NCBI GenBank assembly: GCA_965240325.2
Contig: OZ251227.1
Coordinates: forward strand, 2,728,001-2,792,000
Direction: 5' to 3'
Length of the DNA stretch: 64,000 nt
From: Rebecca billardiae RCC1528
Lineage: Eukaryota > Protista > Haptophyta
Shown: piece by piece, positions 1 to 10,518 of the stretch
How the letters are laid out: each line of letters begins with the position of its first letter
How positions within the stretch are numbered: the stretch's first letter is position 1
Translations under genes and position numbers: made by a program
The notes under the pieces: model-generated
Seen by the model: only the letters and a program-made list of their open reading frames with translations
Told to the model about the DNA's origin: nothing
Databases searched by the model: none

Positions 1-262
1 CTTAGCAGCGTGGGCGGCCGCACCCTCTCGCCCAAGACGGCAGCCTTCCTCGACCTCGGGCCGGAGGCTGAGGATATTCGCTACAACGGCTCCTTGCCAG
101 CAGCCACTTTATTGCCTGCCGCTGATGAGCTCTCGTGGAAGCAGGCGAGTACGTACATCTTTCGCCGTTGCAAGTAGGCGGCGGAGCAGCATCTGTGCAG
201 ACGACCGACAACGCGCGCTACTCTGCTTGAAACTGCTAGAGCTAGATATACGTCTAGGGAGG

Positions 263-415
<153 letters not shown>

Positions 416-610
416 GTTACTTGACTGATGCTGTCGTATTTAATATCGTCGCATCACGACTCATCAGTATAGTAGGCTGCCGTGCTCGCGGTGCTGACTG
501 CCGCGGGCGCCGTGCGAGTCAAGTACGCGGCGGCGGCAGTCGTCCGGCCACCACCGACTACCGAGACCGGCGGCGGCTGCTGATCAGTTATAAAATTTGA
601 TGATGGCCTT

Positions 611-680
611 ATGGCCCGCGGTGCAGGGCGGAGCGCGTAGCGTGGAGCCCCGCCGGGGGCCCTCACTACGTTGTCAAAAA
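611..680 (-). repeat. Dispersed repeat family X, left part (split by the 681-2351 insertion; continues at 2352-2430)
   Basis: The reverse complement tttttgacaacgtagtgagggcccccggcggggctccacgctacgcgctccgccctgcaccgcgggccat matches 61600-61670. Confidence 0.8.
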
Positions 681-2351
681 GGCTCCGGATTCGGTTGACC
701 CCTGCCAGTGGCGGGCATTCTGAGAACCGAGTCGAAGTCACTCGAGCGGACCATATAGCCGGGTCCCTCCCGACCCCGGATTGATGACTTCAAAGCGACA
801 TTGAGCATACACCCACCTCCCAATATGTTTCAGGCTCAATTTTTATAAGTGACACATACAGAAATCTGACCGAAATCCGAAACATGGGTAAATGCATATT
901 GACGCGGGTATTTCTGACGGAACTTGTATTCCATTCATGCATCGACGTGATACGCACGCCATGACCATGTCACGCCTCACGGCAGCTCACCGCCCCGCAC
1001 TTGCGAGCGCGCTCTGGTTGGTCAGCTGCGCGCGCATAGCATTGTGCCGCGCTCTTCTCTCAGCTGGTACACCGCCAGACGCGGCCGCTCCGCCGCCGCT
1101 GCCGCGTGCCTCCGCCTCGTGCCGCGTGCTGGGGCGCCGCTGAAAGTCAGGCGTGATCGGTTGCACGGGCGTGAGCACGACAACGCCGCGGACGATCGTG
1201 TCGCTCTCGATCTCGCCGGTGCCCAGCTCGCGCGAGCGCCGGTCAAGATCCATGCGCGCGTATCGCTTGAAATCAGACTCGCCCCCCCATCGTCCACCAC
1301 TGCCCGTCCGCCTCCTTCTGCCGCTTGCTGCTTGTCTCGGGCTCGTGAGTCGCCCTCGTCGCGACTTGCAGTGTCGAGCGCGTAAGGATCACAAAGTACT
1401 CGTCCAGACAGAGAGGCCTGAGCATATCGACGACGAGATGGAAAAGCATCCGCTCCATCGTGTTGTGCGTCCTCGACATGTTCACCTTGATCTGATTGCA
1501 GAGGTCCGGAGACGGCGCAACGTGCAGAGAGGCTTGCACCGACCGTGGTGCACTGACGAGGTCGTGTCAGACACCGTGTGCACGATCTCCAGGTCACGCG
1601 CGACCGCAAAGAGGTGCTCGGCATCGCGGTCGCCAAGATTACCTCCCAGCTGTTCGTCCGAGACGTCGGTGTCGAACACGATGGGCACGTCCAACGCGAC
1701 CCGCGCCCGCACCACCATAGTGGGCAAAAGGCCAATAAAAGTACCCGGACTCCCAGTAGAAATGGTGAAAATCGGGCTCTGGCGCCGTGTAAAAACAAGC
1801 GATCGCGGCAAACGGTGCGGATTCGCGCTCAGCTCGCCAACCCGAGTCCAGCAAGCCTTCGACCGCCTCCGTGCGACCTCGCGAAGGTCGTTTTCATTTT
1901 CGGTACGCCCGGTTTCTATGACCGGACTAATTCTATGATTTAAAGACACAGGCACGAGGGCGCAGCTCTCCTGATTCGTCTGTCGAAGTACTGAATGGAG
2001 TTAATGGAGGATGTCGGAGCGCGTTGGCCGCGGGTGAGGGAGTCGTCGTAACCGATGCTGATCACACGGTCACTGAGGTAGTAGGCGCCCGGGGATGCCG
2101 CTGTTTTGCAGTCGTCGTCGGCCTTGGTCATCATGTAGTTGCCCGTGTCGTCGTCGTCCGAGGCTGTTCAAGTTGATGCCGTAGTGCAGGTAGTGGATGT
2201 GGTCGCCCGGGCCGGTGTGCGCGGCCTAGTGGCCTTGCCGAGTTGAGGGAGTAGTCGCCCTTGCCGTTGAGGAAGTCGTCGTCCTTGCCGTTGAGGAAGT
2301 CGTCGCCCTGGCCGCAGAGGAAGTCGGCAGGGGTCAACCGAAGCCGGAGCC
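681..2351. mobile_element. Non-autonomous or degenerate TIR DNA transposon, 1671 bp
   Basis: 26-bp TIRs ggctccggattcggttgacccctgcc (681-706) and 2326-2351 with 1 mismatch. A-runs on both flanks fit an AAAA (or AAA) TSD. 24-bp subterminal repeats at about 2250-2325. No intact transposase ORF. Confidence 0.85.
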
Positions 2352-2430
2352 AAAAGATCTTTTGATCAAAGAAAAGGGGATGGGGGACGATTTTGAGGGC
2401 TGTTGGAGGGTGAGTTTTCGACTTTTTGAG
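2352..2430 (-). repeat. Dispersed repeat family X, right part
   Basis: The reverse complement cagccctcaaaatcgtcccccatccccttttctttgatcaaaagatctttt aligns to about 61553-61604. Confidence 0.75.
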
Positions 2431-2975
2431 GGGGCGTATGCTGTCCATCACAGCTTAAAAGGCCGCGCCCGCTGCAATTCTTGTATCTACTATGGACGGA
2501 CGTGGGATCAGATACCCCGGGGGTGAAACAAGTGAGTATTCCTATCCCTCTTGTATGCTGAAGACGCCTTCTCAGTGGCGGATATCATCAGGTTATGGCG
2601 CGATGTTCTAGGGCACGCGATCCGCATCGTTTCGCACGAACCCTCGCGGGCGACGAGATATATATCATTGACGCGGGTAGCCCTAAAAGGCGTTCCCGTT
2701 CCCGCGCGCGATTCATAACCGTATCCTTTCTGATTACTATAGTTATCTCCCGTCGATTAATACTGCTCATCACACGGTTCGCGTTGATGATACAAAAGCC
2801 CTGCCACACGAACGAGCGGGCTCGAGCAAAGCCTCTGAGGCGGGCAAACTCTCGGCATGTTCGCGGGAAGTCGCTCGCCCAAGCCCTCACGCTCGCGCCG
2901 TCCATGACCATGGCCGCGCTGTGATGGCTCCGCGTGCGGAGTGCTGACAGTGAGCCTCTCTCTCTCTGGCTGCGC

Positions 2976-3692
2976 ATGACAGCGCGGCAAGCAGCGCGCG
3001 CAGATCTGCGGGCGACGAGGCTGGGCGCCAGTCCTCGCAGCACGAGGCCGAGCGCGGACATCTGTTTTGCTCGCGACGAGGCTGGGCTTAGATCTGCGAG
3101 CGGCGAGTCCGCGACGATGGCGAGGTGGCATATGCTACGGGCGACGCCGTGCTCCTCTCTCGCCCGTGCTCGCAGTCGCCCTCGCGCTCCAGGCCGTCGG
3201 CCGACAGCACCCGCGGCGGCGCCGACGCGCACCAAGGTCGCAATCCAGGGTGTCACGTGCCGTGGGGAGCTCATTGTGCCCGCATTCGAGGGGAAGACGC
3301 CGAGGGCGTGCAAGGAGCGGCTGCTGCGGCTGCGGGAGGTCGTAGACAGGCTCGAGCCGCGGCTGCTCGCGACGCTCTTTCCCGCCGCCGACCGGCCGAC
3401 GAGCTGCGAGCTCAGAGCTGCGAGCTCATTCATCCGACGCTGCGCCGATCCCGCCGAGCGCGCGAGGCTGTGCAAGGCTGAGACGGGCGAGCTGCCGAGC
3501 GCGATCTCTGCGCTGCGCGCGGCCACAGCAGGGCTGCCCGAAGCGCACCGGGCGGAGGCGCTGCGGCTGCTGCGCGTCGAGTTCGACACGGCGCAGCCCC
3601 CCGATTCCGTCGATCGCGTCGATTACTCGCGCCCGCGCCGGCCGCGCCTCCTGCACGGCAACGCGCCGGGCGCGCGCATCGTGATTCGGTGA
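2976..3692 (+). CDS. Hypothetical protein; start and possible intron uncertain
   Basis: The 3' part (VAIQGVTCRGELIVPAFEG...RIVIR) has coding-like GC3 bias. No recognised motif. Confidence 0.4.
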   Translation: MTARQAARADLRATRLGASPRSTRPSADICFARDEAGLRSASGESATMARWHMLRATPCSSLARARSRPRAPGRRPTAPAAAPTRTKVAIQGVTCRGELIVPAFEGKTPRACKERLLRLREVVDRLEPRLLATLFPAADRPTSCELRAASSFIRRCADPAERARLCKAETGELPSAISALRAATAGLPEAHRAEALRLLRVEFDTAQPPDSVDRVDYSRPRRPRLLHGNAPGARIVIR

Positions 3693-3764
3693 AGAACGCG
3701 AGGGAACTACCAGGGCCGTGCGCCCTCAACTTCGTTGTTTACTACCCGAAGATCGGCGTAGCCG

Positions 3765-3767
<3 letters not shown>

Positions 3768-3816
<49 letters not shown>
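3768..3816. repeat. (AT)n microsatellite preceded by hairpin gatcggc-gta-gccgatc (3751-3767)
   Basis: Seen directly. Confidence 0.95.
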
Positions 3817-3817
<1 letters not shown>

Positions 3818-4067
3818 TGACTTGATAACTGTCCGTATCGGCCTAAGCTACATGACAGTCTGTGCCCGTGCGTCAGTCGTCCCGACACTGGTCATGGACA
3901 TGGTGACTGGAGTGCTGCCCGATCAATGCTCGCCCGGCGGCCATCGGAATATTACGAGTCCCTCACGCCGGAGCCTTACAGGCCGTTACTTAATACTCGC
4001 ACAATGAGATGATGTACAGCGTACCCATGCAACCTCCTTGGCCGGGCTGGTGCCTCGCAGCCCAAGC

Positions 4068-5270
4068 CTATGGTTTGCCGCCGTCTTTGACGTCGGTCGC
4101 CGAGTCCTGGAAGTCGTCGTCCCGCTCCCCCTCGGCCTCAGGCACGGCCGGTTGCGGCTCGTCGTACTCGTAGCAGTCGTCATCGAACCCAGCCGTCGCG
4201 CACATGCGGCCGCTGGGCGGCACGTACACTTCGAACTGGGGCGCCTCCGCGTCCCTGGCCGCTGCCGCGTTCGCGCTGCCGGGCTCGCCGGGCAGCCCCT
4301 CCTCGCTCTGCTCGAGAATCGGGTCGGGCGGCAGCCGCTTGACCTCAGCAGGCCTGTTCTGATCGAGGGCACTCTCCGTCCAGTTCCAGCGCATCGCGAC
4401 CTTCTCGTCGTGGATCTTGCGCTGCAGCCGCGAGAGGATGTGCTCGATCTCCACCAGGTGCTCCGCCTCGAGCTTGGCCTGCAGCTCCTGCACCAGCTCG
4501 TCCGCGATGTCCGTGAGCGGCAAGTACGTGAGCGACATGCGGTGCGCCGTGGCCACGCGCTGGATGACGCAGCGCAGCGCCGACGCAGCGACGAACCAGA
4601 AGCTGCCCAGGATGAACAGATAGGTGCCGAACTCGATGACCAGCACCGAGCACCGCAGGTGCGGCAGGTAGAGCACCGAGCCCACCAAGAAGCTGCACGA
4701 ACCGAGCATCGTCGAGTTGGCCGAGCAAATGACCAGCAGCTTGATGTTGGCCTCCTCTGCGTGGTGCACGTTGGCGGCGGCGCCGTTGATGAAGCAGGCG
4801 ATGATGAAGAAGAGCGAGCCGACGATGAAGAAGATCGAGCCGATCAGCGCCCCCGAGTACCCGCCGCGGACGTCCTCCGCCTGCCTCCACTCCGGGAAGT
4901 AGAAGGGCGTGCCCAGGAGGTAGAAGAAGCTACCCACGCAGTACATGATGTACATGATCTCGTCATGGAGCTTCTTGCCGTGGACCTGGGCCTCCGCGAG
5001 GTCGCACATCGTGCAGAACGTGGAGATGACGGCGCCAAAGATGAACAGCCAGCACCCCGTCCCCATCATGTGCCACTCGTGCAGGAAGCAGAACGAGCCG
5101 ACCACGAACACTATGCCAACGGTCAGGTCGAAGAGCTCGAGCAAGATCTCGAACCTCTTGCGCCTCAGGCCATAGAGGTCGGGGCCGCGCGGGTTCAGCA
5201 CGCGGAGGGCGCTCTTCACGCACTCGAACTTGTCGTAGTGGCGGTCACGGGAGACGGCCGCGCGCGGCAT
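4068..5270 (-). CDS. Multi-pass membrane protein with three YrhK-like repeats and an acidic C-terminal tail
   Basis: RFEILLELFDLTVGIVFVVGSFCFL...GCWLFIFG and two further (F/L)xxG(S/T)xx(F/Y)...GxxxFxxGS units match the YrhK (PF14145) pattern. Confidence 0.75.
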   Translation of the reverse strand: MPRAAVSRDRHYDKFECVKSALRVLNPRGPDLYGLRRKRFEILLELFDLTVGIVFVVGSFCFLHEWHMMGTGCWLFIFGAVISTFCTMCDLAEAQVHGKKLHDEIMYIMYCVGSFFYLLGTPFYFPEWRQAEDVRGGYSGALIGSIFFIVGSLFFIIACFINGAAANVHHAEEANIKLLVICSANSTMLGSCSFLVGSVLYLPHLRCSVLVIEFGTYLFILGSFWFVAASALRCVIQRVATAHRMSLTYLPLTDIADELVQELQAKLEAEHLVEIEHILSRLQRKIHDEKVAMRWNWTESALDQNRPAEVKRLPPDPILEQSEEGLPGEPGSANAAAARDAEAPQFEVYVPPSGRMCATAGFDDDCYEYDEPQPAVPEAEGERDDDFQDSATDVKDGGKP

Positions 5271-5724
5271 GGGACGAGGTTCGAGACACGATGGCAGAGG
5301 CCCGATGGATGGGCGCGAGAGATGACGTCAAATGACGACCACTGAACTCGCCGCAACCCCGGCCCAGTTTTCGTGTGTCCGGTCCGGATTCCGGAAACGC
5401 AAAAGTTGCCGGCCAGTCTGCAGACCCGGACCTACGCCCCGGACCCCCCCCCCCCCCCCCGACCTCCACGCTCGGTGGGGGTTGGTCCGGTACGGTCCGG
5501 CTGCAGACTGAGTTGCCGGCTTGCCCGCCTTGCCGCTTGCGGCATCACGCTCGCCGGACGGGGTCGCACCAACCAGACTTGCGGTCTGGGCATGGAATTG
5601 GATGAATTTACAGCAGAAGTTGACGATTTTCTTTCAGCCATCTGGTTATAACATCGTCATCGATCAATATATCCGTCCGCCTGTAGTATTCTCGACTGAG
5701 ACTACGCTGCTGCTTAGAGCAGTA

Positions 5725-5912
<188 letters not shown>

Positions 5913-5985
5913 CGGTACTGGTACTTCAGTGACTTGTATGCCGGTATACCGTATAACACTGCGGCCTGATGAACTGTACGAGGCC

Positions 5986-8888
5986 CGCTGCGTTCCTGAG
6001 CCCCAGCGCCAGAATTACGCGAGAATAAAGCCGCGGAATTGTTCACATACGAAGAATCGCACTTTCAGCGCACCCGCATCGGTTGGCGGTCTTCGATTGA
6101 TGAGCGAACGAGCCCAAAGCCGTGCTATGCGGGCGAGGCAGATCGCGAGAGATTGCCACCGAGGGTTCAAGAGGCCAAGACGAGAGTGTTTTGTCGCCGG
6201 TCGTCGGCGGGCGGCAGGGCTTCGAACGCAGCCCGGCCAGGCCAGGCCGCCAGAGAGTCTCTGCGACATTGCTGGCGTGGCTGAGGAGCTCTCGCGCGGG
6301 TCCAGGGACATCAGCGCTCAGTGTCAGCCGCGTGCACACCTTCGTAGGTCCACATTGGGCGTCGCCCTTTGCTTGCACACGCGCGTGCGCACCTGGTCCC
6401 CTTCTGCGGCTAATGCGCACTCCGCAATCATTGCTCCTGACGCTGATCGTGCAGGTGCGGGCGGGGGGGGCGAGCCTGCCAGCAGTCGGCGTGCGATGTA
6501 CGGCGAGTCGCACGTTTCCTATTCGGCCCCGATAGCGGCCACTTGAGCTCTTTCCTCGCCGTCGGACACTCTGTGCCCACGCGCCTACAGAGGGCACGGC
6601 CCAGATCCGCAGAAAGCTGCCGCCAGTTCACATCCTCACGTTGTGCCTTCGATCGGCTTGGCGTGCAGTGTCAACAAGCGGTGTGCAGTACTCGTAAGGT
6701 CACGCACCAGCTGCAAGCACACCTTCGGAGCCCCAGGCTGGCTCCGGGGGCTGCACGCGAGCGCACGCAATGCCTGTACCGCCCGTACCGCCTTGGCCGG
6801 CGCCCGCGGCTCGACTCGCTGACTAACTCTGACAATCCAGTCGGCTCGACCGCTGCCAGTGCGCGGGCGCCCGTAATCTGCGACTCAGACTGGAGGCGTA
6901 GCCGGGTCAGCCGTCGGCGTGTTGCCGGCGCACGCCCGCCGGGCCCAGTCACTGCAACATTTACTACGGAGCCGCTCGGTACGTACCGGGCGCGGGGCTT
7001 TATAATTATAAGACTACTGCTCATCACTCGATACTGCGGACCGTCCGCACTATTCACTAACGGGCACGCGGCTAAGGTTCCGTTGACCGTCTGTCCGTGC
7101 GCGCGCAGCTGATGCTGACACTTGACAGCATTGCCATTATGCACGGCTGAATACTGATGATGCAGCAGTCAGCACGCGGACCCAATATGAATAAGGTGAG
7201 TCACGCTATACGCGGCATGCTGCGCTAAATGCATGATGACGACTGTACCGTAATGACGACCGTGTCTGTGATCGAATATCCTGACTCCGATGAACCGCAC
7301 CACATGTGACATTCCAGCGGCGCCACCGGAGTCCGGCCGTCCTCCGCCTCCTCGGGCTCAGACTCTGCGGCTCGCGGTGATGCATGACCGGGCGCGCACC
7401 GATGCGCTGCGTGCCCCGCGGTGCCGCCGCGGCGCTGAGACCGCCCACCGTCCATGTCTGGCGCTGCTTCGGAGTACGTATGATCGCAGGCGCATAGAGG
7501 GTAGGGCGCACGACTGTTCTCGGTAGCGCCGACGCTTCGCGCAGCCCGTCAGCCATGAAGCTGAGCGCGAGTCGGCGGCACGTTTGAGTCGATGAGCGCT
7601 GCCACGGCCCGCGGCGCGAGCGGGTCGCCCCGAGCCGGCAGAGCAGCACCGCCACTGGTCCAGAGGGCAGCGGCACTGAGCCGTCGTGCTATGTGACCCG
7701 GGGTCTTACCGTCTTAGGCCAGGCCTCGGCGTGGGCAGAGGCGGCCCAGGCCCTGTGGGCCAGCAGGCCCAGGCCCAGCGGCGAGCGAGTGTTGCTCTGA
7801 GCCGCGCCGTCCAGTGTCCGAGACAGCGCGTGGCCCGGTCAACGAGTGCGTCGTGACTGCGCCAGGCGCCGCGCCACGTCTGCGACACAGAGCCAAGCAC
7901 TGCCACTGACGACTGCCGCCGTGCCGACGCATCCACACATCCAAGTCAGTAGGGCTTTGCCATGCCGCACGTACAACGGTGCCCACAGATGAGCGTGAGA
8001 TCCTGTCTAATGAGCCATGAGCATCGACGTGTGATGCAGCACGTCCGGTGGCGGGTAGCTGCGGCACGCGGCGGCGGCGGTCATGAGAAGTATGCTCGTT
8101 GCCACCGACCGCAATATCGCTGTAATCGCTGTGGCCCATCCTCTGCACTGCAGAGGTGAAGAGCGACTGAGCAAGCCATGCCGACATGCCGCACCGTGCA
8201 GCTGCCGGGACGCGCGCGCTGTCACGAGGGCACGCAGGCTGTCGAGAGCAGCGCGGTGGGCAGCATCGAAGACAACTCAAAGTGGGCCCGGGATGCCCAC
8301 CTGAGTGGTGGCTGAACCTTCAAATCGCGCCCTTCGATCACCAACTTGTCGGCGGCGCTGGCAAGTTGTCGGGCCACGCGCGGCACGGATGATGAACGGC
8401 GCAGGCGTGGCAGGCAGAAACAACAGGAGCTGCCGGGACTGCGTCGGCCGCGCCTGCCCGCAGTCGTATCGAGCGAGGCTACGCGCACTCAAACATCCCC
8501 TAGTCCGTGCACGAGCGTTTGTTCGCCATCGACCTCGTACTAGTGTGCCGGGGAGGCGTCGCCTGTCGCCACTCGTAGATCGTCCGCCGACGAAGGGTCT
8601 AGGAGCGTTGAGGGCCTGCAGGATCAACCGATGGAGAGATGCTGCTATGTATCCTCACAAAAGCGACGCTTCGGGGCAGATGTTCGAGAGATCGGACGAT
8701 CAAGCGAAAGTCATAGGTTGCAATTTTGGGCCCACTACGGCGAGACTTACTCACGTCATTAACAAAAGGTTACCCGCTGCTCAACTTTCGGCCCCCTTCA
8801 GCGACGTCTCGACCAATGGCGCGCGTGGGAGGAAAGAAAGGTTCTCTGATCTCGCGTAATTCTGGCGCTGCGGCTCAGGAACGCAGCG
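5986..8888. mobile_element. Putative non-autonomous TIR transposon (Harbinger-like GCTGCGTTC terminus), 2.9 kb
   Basis: 39-bp inverted repeats cgctgcgttcctgagccccagcgccagaattacgcgaga at 5986-6024 and 8850-8888, 1 mismatch. No TSD found and no transposase ORF. Confidence 0.65.
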
Positions 8889-9145
8889 CAGCTGGGGATA
8901 AAAGCAATGGCCTGCAAAGAAGACAGCTGGTGTGACATGGCGAGCTATGCAACGGAGGGGCCATGCCTGTGGTTGCGGCGGTGCTCTCGACGGCTCAGAG
9001 TCAGAGAATTAAGACTCATCGGCGGCGACCCAGTTGGGGCCGAGCCCCGTGCGTCGGCCGGCCGCGGTACGCGGGAGAGTGCACACGGTCCTTGGTGCTG
9101 TGCGCCTTGGCACGCCTCGTGCGCGCCGCCCCCACGCCCCCCGCC

Positions 9146-9716
9146 TCACTTGTAGCGCAGGCCCTCCATGAACGTTTTCGGGTCGGGCACCTGGCCATTG
9201 AACTCCGCGCCCGAGAAATCAAAGCCAGGGTTCTCCGCCTGGAAGCGCTCGAGCATGAGCGATTTTTGCACTTCGGTTTGTGCGTACGGGTCGAGCGCCT
9301 GCTGCCCCCTCAGCAGCGAAGGCCATGTCACCCCCTTTGAGCCCTTGCTCAACGCCAGGTGCAGCATGCCGTCCTCGAGCGTCCAGAGACTGTCCTCCGA
9401 GTTGACCAGCTCGTGGAAGGCGTCCTGCGGCCCGGCGCGCGCGCGGGGCGGGGCATGGCGCGGGCACGGTCAGAGGGGCAGAGGGATGTGTCGCGGCGCA
9501 CCGCGCGTCTTCATCAGGTCGCACGTTGATGAATGGCGGGTTCCCCTTGATGCCAACTTTCAAGTGCCTCGGAGTGATCGTGATCTCGAGGTGGCGGGCA
9601 GTCACGCCTTCGGGCGGCTTGATGTAGCAGTGCAGCTCCTCGAGCGACTGCTCCCACTCGTAGATGAGCTTCCCCTCGTGCATGAACGGGATGCGCTTCA
9701 CCTCGATCTTGTCCAT
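9146..9716 (-). CDS. NUDCD2: NudC domain-containing protein 2 (CS/p23 co-chaperone), 156 aa; exons 9716-9525 and 9424-9146
   Basis: YEWEQSLEE, SLWTLEDG and the C-terminal LERFQAENPGFDFSGA motif. Removing the 100-bp GT-AG intron 9425-9524 restores the frame. Confidence 0.92.
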
Positions 9717-10518
9717 CGTGCACTGTGTGGCTGCTCGCGCTGCGCCCAGGCGCCCACGCTCGAGAAGTTGCGCCTCAGCAGGCGGGCGGCTCGCGAGCGT
9801 CCGCTCCCGCGCCCGCCAAAGGACCACCACCCCGACCGGACAAAAGATCCCGGACCGCGGAATTGCGCTGTCCCGGCCGCGCCCCCCCCAGGGCGCGGAT
9901 GCACAGTCGCCCGAGCGCCTGAGCCGGCCGAGGGCGACCAGCGAGGACGGGGACGGCAGTGTGTGGCCCCGTACCTGCTGTGTGTGATGCTGACTGCGTA
10001 GCACGCTGGATGAACGCGCTATGGCATTGCGTCTTCTAATGTCCCGATGAAGCTAGAAAGTCACAGGGCGGTCCGCAATCGCGGCATCCGCGGCCGGTCC
10101 CGGCAGCGGGACGGCCCGCTGGAGGCGGGGTCACGCGACTCACGGCCAACGGCCAGACGCCCCGCGCGGACGGCGCAGATCAATCATCCATTCGGCTTGA
10201 CTCGACAGCCGGACCGGAAGGCGGACCGGGCGGGAACCGGTCGACGCCGAGTCCCACGAGATAGCGCAGCGGCAGGTAGCTAAACCATGAGGCTTAGTGC
10301 TGACAGACGCAGACTGGCAGACGACACGGAGCTCTGCTAACACCAAAGTCTGCACTGCTGTGAATGAGCAGAGCAGAGCTCGCAACGCGAGTCGGCTGGC
10401 TGCCACACCCGGTCCGCTCCGGGCGTCCCGACACCGGCTGTGATGCCCTCTGCCTCTGCGAGCTGTCCGATGGCTGGCGTAGCTGGTGCGCCCCGCACGA
10501 AGTCCTACGGTAGCTCTG

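Noticed and set aside
1022-1955. Transposase or Fanzor/TnpB gene inside the 681-2351 element
   Set aside because: Only short broken frames; no DDE, RuvC or zinc-finger motifs recognisable.
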